Source: Erysipelotrichaceae bacterium (GTDB lineage Bacteria; Bacillota_I; Bacilli_A; Erysipelotrichales; Erysipelotrichaceae). From it: a stretch of DNA of 32,000 bases. How positions within the stretch are numbered: the stretch's first letter is position 1; each line of letters opens with the position of its first letter. Both the position numbers and the translations under genes were made by a program. Location: contig JAUVVC010000005.1 in assembly GCA_030604855.1 (NCBI GenBank), forward strand, positions 60,001-92,000. Direction: 5' to 3'. This document shows positions 1 to 8,657 of this stretch, piece after piece. Below the pieces are notes generated by a model. The model had not been told where the DNA came from and ran no database searches. It saw only the letters and a list, made by a program, of their open reading frames with translations.

Positions 1-1
1 T

Positions 2-1255
2 GATCTTGGTTTGGTCGCGTGGAAGAGTGACATTGAAATCGTGAATACCGTGGGTTCCAACTGGAATACACCGATGAAGAATTTCAATGTGTTGATGGAC
101 TATTTGAAATCCAAAGAAGTCTATACCATTGCTCGGATCGTTGCATTCAAAGATCCTTATTTTGCCGAAAACAATCCCGATCATTCCATTCAATTGAGTG
201 CGGGCGGTGTATATAAAGATAAAGCAGGCTTTGCTTGGGTCAATCCCTTTGATGAGTACGTGTGGAAATATGTCGTAGCCATTTCACAAGAAGCCGCTTT
301 AAGAGGTTTCGATGAGATCCAATACGACTACATCCGCTTCCCGGACAATGCGAAGTATTACAATGAGATCACGACCTTCCCAGGACGTAATGGACGGGAT
401 AAAGATGAAGCCATTGAAGACTTCCTGATCTTCGCACAAGAAGCCCTGGAACCCTATCATGTGCATGTGTCGGCAGATGTCTTCGGTGTCATCACATGGA
501 CCTGGGATGACAAACCTGAAGATATTGGTCAGACTTGGCGTAAGATTTCAAACAATACAGAGTATATCTGTCCAATGGTTTATCCAAGCCATTATGGTTC
601 AGGTTTCTATGGATTCGATGTGCCTGATAAGTATCCTTATGAGGTCATACAAAATGCTTCACGTGAAGCCATCGAACGCAATGCGGCACAAAGAAATCCA
701 GCGATCATTCGTAATTGGTACCAGGGTTTCACCGCGACTTGGGTCAAAGGCTACATTCCGTATGAAGAGGATGCGATCCAGAAACAAATCATTGCGGGTG
801 TGGAGCTTGGCTTGGATGAGTATATCATCTGGAATGCAGGCAATACCTATTATCCTTTAAGTTTCTTCTATCACGACAAAGTGAATCACAATCTACGTCA
901 AACCGGTTACGATATCTTGGGTAGAACAGCGGAAGAAGCACTGATTCGTTATTTGGATGCTCAACGCTTTAAACGAAACAATCACCTCTATCTTTTGACC
1001 CCAATGGATTTAAGAGCAGAAGATTATGATCAATATGTCTTGGACCATCAAGCAAAAGGAATCCAATTACTCAGCTACACGATCCAAAGTGTACAGGCTC
1101 AAGCGGATGGATCCAGTCTTGCGTCGGTGAAGGTCAATTATCAAACCGAGACACAAGAAGCGAAGTTGGATGATGCGAAGTTTAAGATCATTCTAGAGAA
1201 TGAAGTATACAAGATCGTACAGCCTGAACTCAGTTTCACGAATAAGACAAATTAA
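2..1255 (+). CDS. Putative glycoside hydrolase-like protein (DUF4015/GHL-type), 5'-truncated by the window edge
   Basis: The frame is open from base 2, so the ORF-track TTG at 11 is probably not the real start. The motifs IQYDYIRFPD and IIWNAGN are typical of the DUF4015 putative glycosyl-hydrolase family as I recall it. Stop TAA at 1253-1255 is followed by a strong hairpin. Confidence 0.6.
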   Translation, partial: DLGLVAWKSDIEIVNTVGSNWNTPMKNFNVLMDYLKSKEVYTIARIVAFKDPYFAENNPDHSIQLSAGGVYKDKAGFAWVNPFDEYVWKYVVAISQEAALRGFDEIQYDYIRFPDNAKYYNEITTFPGRNGRDKDEAIEDFLIFAQEALEPYHVHVSADVFGVITWTWDDKPEDIGQTWRKISNNTEYICPMVYPSHYGSGFYGFDVPDKYPYEVIQNASREAIERNAAQRNPAIIRNWYQGFTATWVKGYIPYEEDAIQKQIIAGVELGLDEYIIWNAGNTYYPLSFFYHDKVNHNLRQTGYDILGRTAEEALIRYLDAQRFKRNNHLYLLTPMDLRAEDYDQYVLDHQAKGIQLLSYTIQSVQAQADGSSLASVKVNYQTETQEAKLDDAKFKIILENEVYKIVQPELSFTNKTN

Positions 1256-1298
1256 AAAAAAGAACTTCATGTGTATGATACACGTGAAGTTCTTTTTA
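1254..1298. terminator. Bidirectional rho-independent terminator between convergent genes
   Basis: 15-bp stem agaacttcatgtgta / tacacgtgaagttct (one G-U pair), 3-nt loop. An A-run lies on the left and a T-run on the right. Confidence 0.85.
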
Positions 1299-1301
1299 TG
1301 T

Positions 1302-2930
1302 CTAATTATCAACGCTGTACAAGACCCTCAGTGCTTCATCAACCGTCGTTTGTCCTTGTGAGACAAAACGCACCACTTCATCACGAAGCATCTGCATCTT
1401 CTTTTCTTCGGCATAGGAACGCATGACTTCCATCGGCGCATTCTTTGATATCAATTCTTCCAAATGATGATCGATCAATACAATCTCAAAGGCAGCCAAA
1501 CGACCGGAGAACCCAGTGTTGTTGCATTTATCACAACCTTGGGCATGATAGACAGTCTCAATTTCCGCTTTGAGCAGACGTTGCTCACTGGTTGTGATGG
1601 GATGCGCAGTCTTGCAATGCACACAAAGTTTCTTGATCAAACGCTGCGAGATGGCACAGACCAATGATGAACCGACTTTAAAGGGCTCAATGCCCATATC
1701 CACCAAACGCACAACAGAGGATAAAGCATCATTGGTATGAATCGTCGAGAGCACCAAGTGACCAGTGATGGCAGCGCGGATGGCGATTTCTGCGGTTTCC
1801 CCATCACGGATCTCCCCAATCATGATGATGTCGGGGTCCTGACGGAGGATGGATCGCAAGCCTGCCGCAAAGGTCAAACCGGTTTTCTGATTGACTTGAA
1901 CCTGGGTGATGCCTTCGAACTTTCGTTCGATGGGATCTTCTACCGTTTTAATCGCAACGGTGGATACCGCCAATTTCGCTAATATGGAATACAGAGTCGT
2001 GGTCTTACCACTTCCGGTAGGCCCTGTCACCAGGATGATGCCATGTGGTGCTTTAATGGCCTTTTCAATGATTTCCAAGGTCGAAGGGGATAAGCCTAAA
2101 CCCTGTAAGGAATACTCAATGTTTTGATCGGCACCCAAGAGTCGCATGACGATGTTTTCGCCATAAGGTGTGGGTAAGGTTGAAACACGAATGTCGATTT
2201 TCTTGTATTCATTGGTGAACTGGAAACTACCATCTTGAGGAATCCGCTTCTCAGCGATGTTCAAACCACTGATGATCTTGATGCGTGTTGAGATGAGGGT
2301 ATGCATCTCATTCTCGAAACTGGTGTACTGAATCAAATCGCCATCGATGCGCAAACGGACACGTGTGTAATTCGCTTCAGGTTCGATGTGGATGTCACTG
2401 GCGTTGCGACGATAGGCTTCCATGATCAGATTGTTTACGATCTGTACGATGGGCGAGTTCTCCAAGAGTTCATCCTCATCATTGGATTGTCTCTCGATGA
2501 ACTTCTTGGCATAGAGTCGCTCCAAGGTGGTTTCAATTTCAATCTTTGTGGTCAAAACGGTCTGTACGTTCAAACCCAAAATCATTCCAATGTCTTCAAT
2601 CGCATTGATGTTGAATGGGTTCGAAGTGGCTAGAGTCAAAGTTCCTTCATTGACTTTGATGGGAGCCATGCGATACTTGCGTGCGAGTGTCTCAGGAAAA
2701 ACGCGAATGGCTTCCACTTGGGTGTTGTAGGATAAACTGTCCAAGAAATCAATCTTCAATTGTTTGGCCAAGACACGTAAAACATCTTTCTCCTTGGCAA
2801 ATTGGTGATCGATTAAAATATAGAACATCGCTTGCCCTGTCTGTTTCTGGATTTGGATGACCTCTTCCAATTGTTCAGGACGGATGATGTGTTCTTGAAC
2901 CAGTAATTGTTCTAAGCTGAGCTGACTCAT
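1302..2930 (-). CDS. pilB: Type IV pilus assembly ATPase (PilB/GspE family)
   Basis: Walker A GPTGSGKTTT, Walker B DPDIIMIGEIRD, His box TGHLVLSTIHTN, tetracysteine CVHC...CDKC and an N-terminal T2SSE_N-like region. I prefer the ATG at 2930 (SD AAGGAG at 2936-2941, 5-nt spacer) over the ORF-track TTG at 2960. Confidence 0.93.
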   Translation of the reverse strand: MSQLSLEQLLVQEHIIRPEQLEEVIQIQKQTGQAMFYILIDHQFAKEKDVLRVLAKQLKIDFLDSLSYNTQVEAIRVFPETLARKYRMAPIKVNEGTLTLATSNPFNINAIEDIGMILGLNVQTVLTTKIEIETTLERLYAKKFIERQSNDEDELLENSPIVQIVNNLIMEAYRRNASDIHIEPEANYTRVRLRIDGDLIQYTSFENEMHTLISTRIKIISGLNIAEKRIPQDGSFQFTNEYKKIDIRVSTLPTPYGENIVMRLLGADQNIEYSLQGLGLSPSTLEIIEKAIKAPHGIILVTGPTGSGKTTTLYSILAKLAVSTVAIKTVEDPIERKFEGITQVQVNQKTGLTFAAGLRSILRQDPDIIMIGEIRDGETAEIAIRAAITGHLVLSTIHTNDALSSVVRLVDMGIEPFKVGSSLVCAISQRLIKKLCVHCKTAHPITTSEQRLLKAEIETVYHAQGCDKCNNTGFSGRLAAFEIVLIDHHLEELISKNAPMEVMRSYAEEKKMQMLRDEVVRFVSQGQTTVDEALRVLYSVDN

Positions 2931-2940
2931 TGGAACTCCT

Positions 2941-3588
2941 TTACTCTTGAGCAAAATCAAGTTTATGCATGGAATAGACGTCTAGGCTAATGGAAGCAAT
3001 GGAATCATCGAACTGATAATCGGACTTTGTGAGCAGAATGGAGAGCTTGAGATCATGCAAATCATCCACAAGCTTTAGATAATCCGGATACGTCATGTTC
3101 AAGGTATACAACACCGTCGTCTTCAAGAGTTCTGATCCACTCAATACCTGCGTTTCGATCTGAGTACTTTGGTTGTATTCATCGATCAAAGACTTGAGTT
3201 TATAGTTGAAGACTTCTTGAGGATGCTGGAGAGTCTCTGGATTCACCACCATCAAAGGAGAAGCTTGGTAATACTGAATTTCCGCATTGTTGGCAAGCAA
3301 TATCGGCAAGAATTCAGCTTCAAATTCATCTGAAGTATAGATATCTACGAACTTTTCGAATTGATCTTGGACCAAGAGTTGTGTGTCTTTGCGAACCTTC
3401 TTGATGTCGTTGTATTGTGGTAAGGTCTGCTCCACAACCATCTTCTCTTGAATCAAGGCCTCACGTTGTATCTTTAAGGCCATAAGATTTTCACTCATGG
3501 TACGAAGTGCGAAATAATAAATCAAGAACACCGAGACCAACAATACGAACCACTTTAAAAGCTCACGTTCACGTTCTGTGATTTTCAT
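2941..3588 (-). CDS. PilO-like bitopic pilus alignment protein
   Basis: Short N-terminus, one TM helix (WFVLLVSVFLIYYFAL), a coiled-coil segment, then a C-terminal alpha/beta-like domain. It sits between pilMN and pilB. SD AAGGAGGG is upstream. No strong motif, so the call rests on topology and context. Confidence 0.5.
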   Translation of the reverse strand: MKITERERELLKWFVLLVSVFLIYYFALRTMSENLMALKIQREALIQEKMVVEQTLPQYNDIKKVRKDTQLLVQDQFEKFVDIYTSDEFEAEFLPILLANNAEIQYYQASPLMVVNPETLQHPQEVFNYKLKSLIDEYNQSTQIETQVLSGSELLKTTVLYTLNMTYPDYLKLVDDLHDLKLSILLTKSDYQFDDSIASISLDVYSMHKLDFAQE

Positions 3589-3589
3589 C

Positions 3590-5035
3590 TTACTCGCCCT
3601 CCTTCAATTGCAGTGAAAGGCTAGTGGTGTAACGTCCACTTTGGGTATCTTGTTCATACTTGACATAGCTTACGGATTTATATGAAGCCTGAGTTTTCAA
3701 AATGGATACATATTGATTGATCAATTGAACATCGGAGGTGTTCAAATCCACTTCCAAACTCAAATCGGTATAGCGGATGGCACTGAAGCGAATGTCCTCA
3801 GGTCGATTCAGATACAGGGCATCAAGCAGTTCTTTACTGAGTTTTGGATATTTCGATAATACATTTTCAATCAAAGTGATTTCACTGTTGATCGCATTGA
3901 GTTGTGCTGTTTCAGCTTGCATTGCGTTGATCTCAGCCATCTTTGTGACGACTTCACTTTGGTTCAGATAGGCATTGAGCTCATCAATGTCATCGTTGCT
4001 TTGTTTGATCTGGATACCAAGAATGATCAAGCCGGTGACGATTAAATAAATGGTTAAGACCAAGATGGGATTGAACCATCGTTGGGAACCACTGACCCAG
4101 TCACGTTTTTGATGAATCGCATTATAGCTGGACCCAAAATCAATGGCTTTCAAGCGTTTTGGCTTGACCAACGCACCATAATTGTAGAGATGGGCATTGT
4201 CAAACACATCGTGTTTGTCTTTGAACGGATCTGGCTTTTGAATGCAAGATGCAGGCAATTGAAGTTGTGTCGTGATTGCCTGGGCTAATGTTTCTTGTTT
4301 GCGGTGACTTCCAAAGATCAAGATTTCATCCAATTTCGTACCCTGTGCTTGGGCCAGAATGAAATGATGCATCTTATCCACTTGATCCAACAACTGTTTC
4401 ATCAAGCTTTCCTGATCAAGATTGCTCAGATTGATGCGGTTGGTTCGTTGGTAGGTGAACTGCCCTTTATTGAAGTAATATTGGCGTAAGCCTTGATCAT
4501 TGAATTCAAGAACCAAAAGGGTTTTTAACTTGCTTTCACTGTGATAAGTATTCAGATAATGCATCAGATTGTTCAAGGCTGAATCCACACGAACGATGCG
4601 GACATCACAACGTTTGAAGAACTCAACGATCTCATGCAGCACAGGGGTCTGGATCCCTGCAATCAAAATCTTGTTCAAATTGTCGGGGTGCGTCTGTGGA
4701 AGCAATGCGTAATCAATGATGTAGTCGGAACTGAGATTCAAGGCGTGTGTCAATTCATGACGGGCCAAGGAATCCAGATACTTGGGATTCGTTTTGGGGG
4801 CGGCGATGTCGCGATAAATCAGATTGCTTTGACTGAGGGTCAAAATAGCGGTTTTGGCACTGGAGAAATGTTGGATGGAGGATGTTAGATTGCGAAGCTG
4901 ATGGACATCGTTTAAAGCATCCTTAAAGGATGTCTTAAAGGCTAAGTTTTCTGTCTTTTTAATGATCAGATGCTTACCACGCATTTGAAGATCCAAAAGC
5001 GTGATGCCATCTTCTCTGAGTTCAATAAAGATCAT
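3590..5035 (-). CDS. Fused PilM-PilN-like pilus assembly protein (GspL-like architecture)
   Basis: About 320 aa of cytoplasmic N-domain, a single TM helix (WFNPILVLTIYLIVTGLIILGI), a coiled coil, then a PilN-like C-terminal pattern (IRFSAIRYTDLSLEVDLNTSD...YTTSLSLQLK). SD GGAGG is upstream. The context is between pilC and the pilO-like gene. Confidence 0.6.
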   Translation of the reverse strand: MIFIELREDGITLLDLQMRGKHLIIKKTENLAFKTSFKDALNDVHQLRNLTSSIQHFSSAKTAILTLSQSNLIYRDIAAPKTNPKYLDSLARHELTHALNLSSDYIIDYALLPQTHPDNLNKILIAGIQTPVLHEIVEFFKRCDVRIVRVDSALNNLMHYLNTYHSESKLKTLLVLEFNDQGLRQYYFNKGQFTYQRTNRINLSNLDQESLMKQLLDQVDKMHHFILAQAQGTKLDEILIFGSHRKQETLAQAITTQLQLPASCIQKPDPFKDKHDVFDNAHLYNYGALVKPKRLKAIDFGSSYNAIHQKRDWVSGSQRWFNPILVLTIYLIVTGLIILGIQIKQSNDDIDELNAYLNQSEVVTKMAEINAMQAETAQLNAINSEITLIENVLSKYPKLSKELLDALYLNRPEDIRFSAIRYTDLSLEVDLNTSDVQLINQYVSILKTQASYKSVSYVKYEQDTQSGRYTTSLSLQLKEGE

Positions 5036-5043
5036 AGGTCCTC

Positions 5044-6228
5044 CTATTTTCCAATCAGATCATACATGCCGAACATGGGCTGAATGACCGATACCACAAT
5101 CACACCAATGATGATGCCCATGACGACCAACATCAAGGGTTCAATCAAAGCGACCATTTTGGATAAAGCATTCTCTGCTTCGCCATCGAAATAATCGGCT
5201 GTCTTCGCAAGAATATCCCCTAAAGAACCGGTCTCTTCACCCACATTGACCATCGATGCCAACATGGGATCAAAGACTTGCATGTCTTCAATCGCCTTGG
5301 AGATGGCTTCCCCTTGAGATACCTTTAAAACGACTTCATCAAAGAGCAATTCAATATGACTGTTGTTTAATATCTTAGCGGTGGATTCGATCATCTGTAA
5401 GGTTTGAATGCCACTTAAGTAGAGCGATGCGAACGAACGTGCGCAACGTGCGGAATAGATTGTTCGATTCAACTTCCCAATGACCGGCATCTTCAGTAAG
5501 AATTGATCCACCTTCAAACGGAAACCGGGCACACTTAACAAGTACGTAAACAAACTGATGGATAGAAAGGTTCCGATGATCATCAGATACCAGTATGCCA
5601 GAATGAAATCACTGATGCCCATGACAAAGGCAGTCAAGGGTGGAAGATTGGAATCATCGAACATGCTGGTGATGGTGGGTAAGACGAAGGTCATCAATAA
5701 GAGTACGACCGCAACCGAGATGATACCCAGAATGATGGGGTAGGTCGAAGCACTTTTGACTTTGTTGATGAGCTTCTGTTCCTTTTCAAAATGATTGGAC
5801 ATCAAAGAGAGAGACTTCTCCAAAGTACCGCCCATTTCTCCTGCCGCAACCATATTGATGAGGATTTCAGGGAAGGCTCCACCTTGCTTCATCATCGCAT
5901 TGGAAAGGGCATTTCCGCGTTGGATCTCTGAACTGAGATTGTTGTAGATGCGCTTGGCTTTCGGATTTGCGGTACTTTCTTGAATGATGTGGATGCCTTT
6001 AAGGATGGCGACACCAGCTTCGATCATGGAACTCAACTGACGGGTAAAAATGATGAGTTCCACATTTTTGAGTTTATTACGATTGGCCTTATTGACACGT
6101 TTCATATCGACCAAGAGTTGTTCATTCTCTTTCAATAAGGAAAAGACATCCTCTTCACGATCCAGTGTGACGATGTTTTTAATGATCTTTCCGTTTTTAT
6201 CGAGGGCTCTGACTTGATAGCTTTTCAT
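5044..6228 (-). CDS. pilC: Type IV pilus/T2SS platform protein (PilC/GspF family)
   Basis: 394 aa with two T2SSF-type repeats (FTRQLSSMIEAGV..., FASLYLSGIQTLQ...) and three TM segments, ending in a PMFGMYDLIG-type tail. Confidence 0.9.
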   Translation of the reverse strand: MKSYQVRALDKNGKIIKNIVTLDREEDVFSLLKENEQLLVDMKRVNKANRNKLKNVELIIFTRQLSSMIEAGVAILKGIHIIQESTANPKAKRIYNNLSSEIQRGNALSNAMMKQGGAFPEILINMVAAGEMGGTLEKSLSLMSNHFEKEQKLINKVKSASTYPIILGIISVAVVLLLMTFVLPTITSMFDDSNLPPLTAFVMGISDFILAYWYLMIIGTFLSISLFTYLLSVPGFRLKVDQFLLKMPVIGKLNRTIYSARCARSFASLYLSGIQTLQMIESTAKILNNSHIELLFDEVVLKVSQGEAISKAIEDMQVFDPMLASMVNVGEETGSLGDILAKTADYFDGEAENALSKMVALIEPLMLVVMGIIIGVIVVSVIQPMFGMYDLIGK

Positions 6229-6230
6229 AG

Positions 6231-7715
6231 TTATTGTGCGATGATGCCTCCCTCAATGACTTCAGCTGTACCCGGTAAATTTTCTCCGGAGGTTTCAGTG
6301 ACAGGGAAGTCGATGGTAAAAGGGAAGGTTTCCTTTCCAACTTCGATGTAGGTCACCAAAGTTTGAGGATTGCGTATGATGAAGTTGTTTCCAACCAATG
6401 AGCCACTTAAGACGGCATTGGAATCAATGATGATGTCCGCAAAAGGGGCATAAAAGAGAACCTGTTGAATCACAGAGTTGGAGGAGAAGTTGATGGTTTT
6501 TCCCGCTGTGACGATATGACCTTTGAAATTGCCACTCTTGACCTCAATGTTCACATATTCACCTAGGATACTTCCATAAAAGAGTTGGAGATTTGAAAAG
6601 TTTAGATTCTTATATGATGCCAAATCGTTTTGAGTGACGGTCGGTGTCTTGAGATAAAACAGAAATTTGGTATAATCCGGATTCTCTGTCAAACAACTTC
6701 CTGTTACGTTGCCACACACATTGAACTTAGGTCCTAAGGTCATCGTTCCTTTGCTGTAATCAAAGATCAACAACAGTCTGCCTGTTCCGATGACGCGGAT
6801 GTTTCCAGAGACATTCATGTTTTTAACGACCAACATCTTACGACTGGATGCCGTACCACGCGTCCCTAAATCGATGATCAAGGTTTGACCATCGGCCACA
6901 TTCATGTTTTCTAAGTAAGAATACTCAAAGACATTGATGGTCGCTTGATTATTCGTGAAGGTATAGGCAGGGATTGTCTTTGGGGTCGTTGTGGGAATCG
7001 TCGGATATACAATGGTTGGGAAAACATAAAGGTTATCCACTTCTGTGACACGATCACCGATTTTGTCCACAGTGATGATGCTGGATGTCTTGCCTTTGGG
7101 CACATAAACCCTGGGGATATCCGGCTGGGTTTTCCCATTGAAGTTGATGGTTGAATTATCGAGCAGGTTACTCCCGATCGGACCTTTGACAACCGAACTC
7201 TGCTCACCGATGCTGATATTGCGTTGCGTCAGAATCGCTTTACCGATGACCAAACCAGGACCCCCGGCAATGTATTTGAAGCCGAGCTCTTTGCTGATCG
7301 TTTGCGATGTGCCATTTACGGTTCCTATACTGGTGACTTTATAAAAGACATGGCTTGGATACAATTCGTTATTATCAATCGGCTCGAAACTCAAGTTGGC
7401 TTTATCATCATCACTTGTCTCTGTGAATGTGATGGTCGATGCCATGAGAGCGACGTTCTGTTCCAATTTGATGAAGAGATCATCGGGTCCTACTCTGGTT
7501 TCAGCCAAGGCTTGGAATTCTTCCTTGATTGATTGGATCCGAATGTTCAAACCCGATTCCGCAATGTAATACGCTTTCGTATAATCATTGGTCTGGATGC
7601 TTGTCCTTTGATTCGATAGGGTCATCATCACAATCATCCCAATCAAAATGAAAAGGGTGAGAAAAGCAATCATGACTGTAATCAAGGCGACACCTTGTCG
7701 ATTCAAGTGTTTCAT
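6231..7715 (-). CDS. Large PilX_N-domain pilus-associated protein (candidate minor pilin or tip protein)
   Basis: The N-terminus NRQGVALITVMIAFLTLFILIG followed by KAYYIAESGL matches the PilX N-terminal signature as I recall it. There is no Glu at +5. The rest of the protein is beta-rich and Asn/Gly/Thr-rich. Its start codon overlaps the upstream pilin stop (TGATG). Confidence 0.65.
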   Translation of the reverse strand: MKHLNRQGVALITVMIAFLTLFILIGMIVMMTLSNQRTSIQTNDYTKAYYIAESGLNIRIQSIKEEFQALAETRVGPDDLFIKLEQNVALMASTITFTETSDDDKANLSFEPIDNNELYPSHVFYKVTSIGTVNGTSQTISKELGFKYIAGGPGLVIGKAILTQRNISIGEQSSVVKGPIGSNLLDNSTINFNGKTQPDIPRVYVPKGKTSSIITVDKIGDRVTEVDNLYVFPTIVYPTIPTTTPKTIPAYTFTNNQATINVFEYSYLENMNVADGQTLIIDLGTRGTASSRKMLVVKNMNVSGNIRVIGTGRLLLIFDYSKGTMTLGPKFNVCGNVTGSCLTENPDYTKFLFYLKTPTVTQNDLASYKNLNFSNLQLFYGSILGEYVNIEVKSGNFKGHIVTAGKTINFSSNSVIQQVLFYAPFADIIIDSNAVLSGSLVGNNFIIRNPQTLVTYIEVGKETFPFTIDFPVTETSGENLPGTAEVIEGGIIAQ

Positions 7716-8155
7716 CAGTAAGCACCTTGCCTTAGATAGTAATTCAATTCAAGTTCATTGATCACATTGCGTTTATCTTGCTTTGTGGCAATGGTGATTT
7801 GGATGTGATTCTGATCCACGGACACAATGAAAGTCTCGATTTGATCCGCAAGCATCACGCCATTGCGCAACACTTTTTGTGCACCTGCATCGTGACAATA
7901 TGTCACATTGCTCGCTTGTATCAGGACAAGACATCCACTTGAAAGCGACGCGCTTGTGCTCTTACGGACATCCCCTTCCAAACGCACATTAAAATCAGTC
8001 AAACTCAATTGATGCAGGGTTTGTGTTTTCTCATCACGGGTGAAGTTCAAACCATTGACAAAGACCATCGTCACGGCACTGCCAAGAATACCAAAGACAA
8101 GCATGCCGATGACCAGTTCAATCATGGTGAAGCCCTTAGTTGAAATTCTGTGCAT
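7715..8155 (-). CDS. Prepilin-type N-terminal cleavage/methylation domain protein (pilin 2)
   Basis: Class III signal MHRISTKG|FTMIELVIGMLVFGILG. I place the start at the ATG at 8155, so the ORF-track start at 8242 is an upstream in-frame extension. The gene overlaps pilin 1 by 20 nt. Confidence 0.8.
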   Translation of the reverse strand: MHRISTKGFTMIELVIGMLVFGILGSAVTMVFVNGLNFTRDEKTQTLHQLSLTDFNVRLEGDVRKSTSASLSSGCLVLIQASNVTYCHDAGAQKVLRNGVMLADQIETFIVSVDQNHIQITIATKQDKRNVINELELNYYLRQGAY

Positions 8156-8594
8156 AGAGGGTCTCATAACGTTTGATGGTGGGATTGGTGGAAGAAACAG
8201 TGATTTTCGTCTTGACCAAAGTACTGGATGAATCGATGTCAAAGCTAAGCTCTATGATGAAATCATTCATCGTTTTCAAACACACAAGGGGATTGGATTC
8301 AATGGAATAGCTTATTAAGCCCGTACTCATATCTGTTGTAGAGGTGAAGCCATTGCAGACATAATCATCTTCAACTTCAAGTGCATAGACGGCATCTTCA
8401 AAGCGGATCTGACGTTTCTTATAGAGGTCTTCCAATTGACTTTGACCTAAGGCGCGCGCTTCACTGAAGTCTTTTGAAGAGCGATTGACTTCAGCACTGA
8501 TCAAAAAGACATTGAAGACAGCCGCAAGCATCACGGTGAATATCAACAGTGCGATGATGATTTCAATAAGGGTCAAACCAGCTTTGTTGTTCAT
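8136..8594 (-). CDS. Prepilin-type N-terminal cleavage/methylation domain protein (pilin 1, candidate major pilin)
   Basis: Class III signal MNNKAG|LTLIEIIIALLIFTV with Glu at +5. Two Cys residues (VCNG...LVC) could form a D-region-like disulfide loop. It is the first gene of the operon. Confidence 0.85.
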   Translation of the reverse strand: MNNKAGLTLIEIIIALLIFTVMLAAVFNVFLISAEVNRSSKDFSEARALGQSQLEDLYKKRQIRFEDAVYALEVEDDYVCNGFTSTTDMSTGLISYSIESNPLVCLKTMNDFIIELSFDIDSSSTLVKTKITVSSTNPTIKRYETLYAQNFN

Positions 8595-8602
8595 TATTTC
8601 TT

Positions 8603-8628
8603 ATTATACCATTATGCACACTTTTCAA
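8603..8628 (-). promoter_or_regulatory. Candidate promoter of the pilus operon (extended -10)
   Basis: On the minus strand, TGgTATAAT occupies 8611-8603. A TTGAAA at 8628-8623 is only 14 nt upstream, which is suboptimal spacing. The -10 ends 8 nt before the ATG and no SD is present. Confidence 0.45.
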
Positions 8629-8630
8629 TG

Positions 8631-8657
8631 AAAAAGATAAGCGTTCATTTGCTTATC
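8631..8657 (-). terminator. Rho-independent terminator of the fructokinase gene
   Basis: On the minus strand: GATAAGC-aaatgaac-GCTTATC followed by TTTTT. The stop codon lies inside the 5' arm. Confidence 0.7.

Noticed and set aside
2780-2930. A possible MshEN-type c-di-GMP binding motif in the PilB N-terminal domain, which would link it to the HD-GYP protein in the window.
   Set aside because: Hydrophobic positions and the terminal Gln align (LVQEHIIRPEQLEEVIQIQ and ILIDHQFAKEKDVLRVLAKQ). However, the key Arg and Gly residues of the RLGxx(L)(V/I)xxG motif are absent in both halves. It is probably a generic T2SSE_N fold.
7715-8242. ORF-track N-terminal extensions: pilin 2 from 8242, the Fur-family gene from 11238, the CPBP gene from 26683 and pilB from TTG 2960.
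   Set aside because: Internal ATGs give proper N-termini, for example the prepilin leader MHRISTKG|FTMIE. They also come with good SDs or coupling geometry. The extensions overlap upstream genes or promoters.
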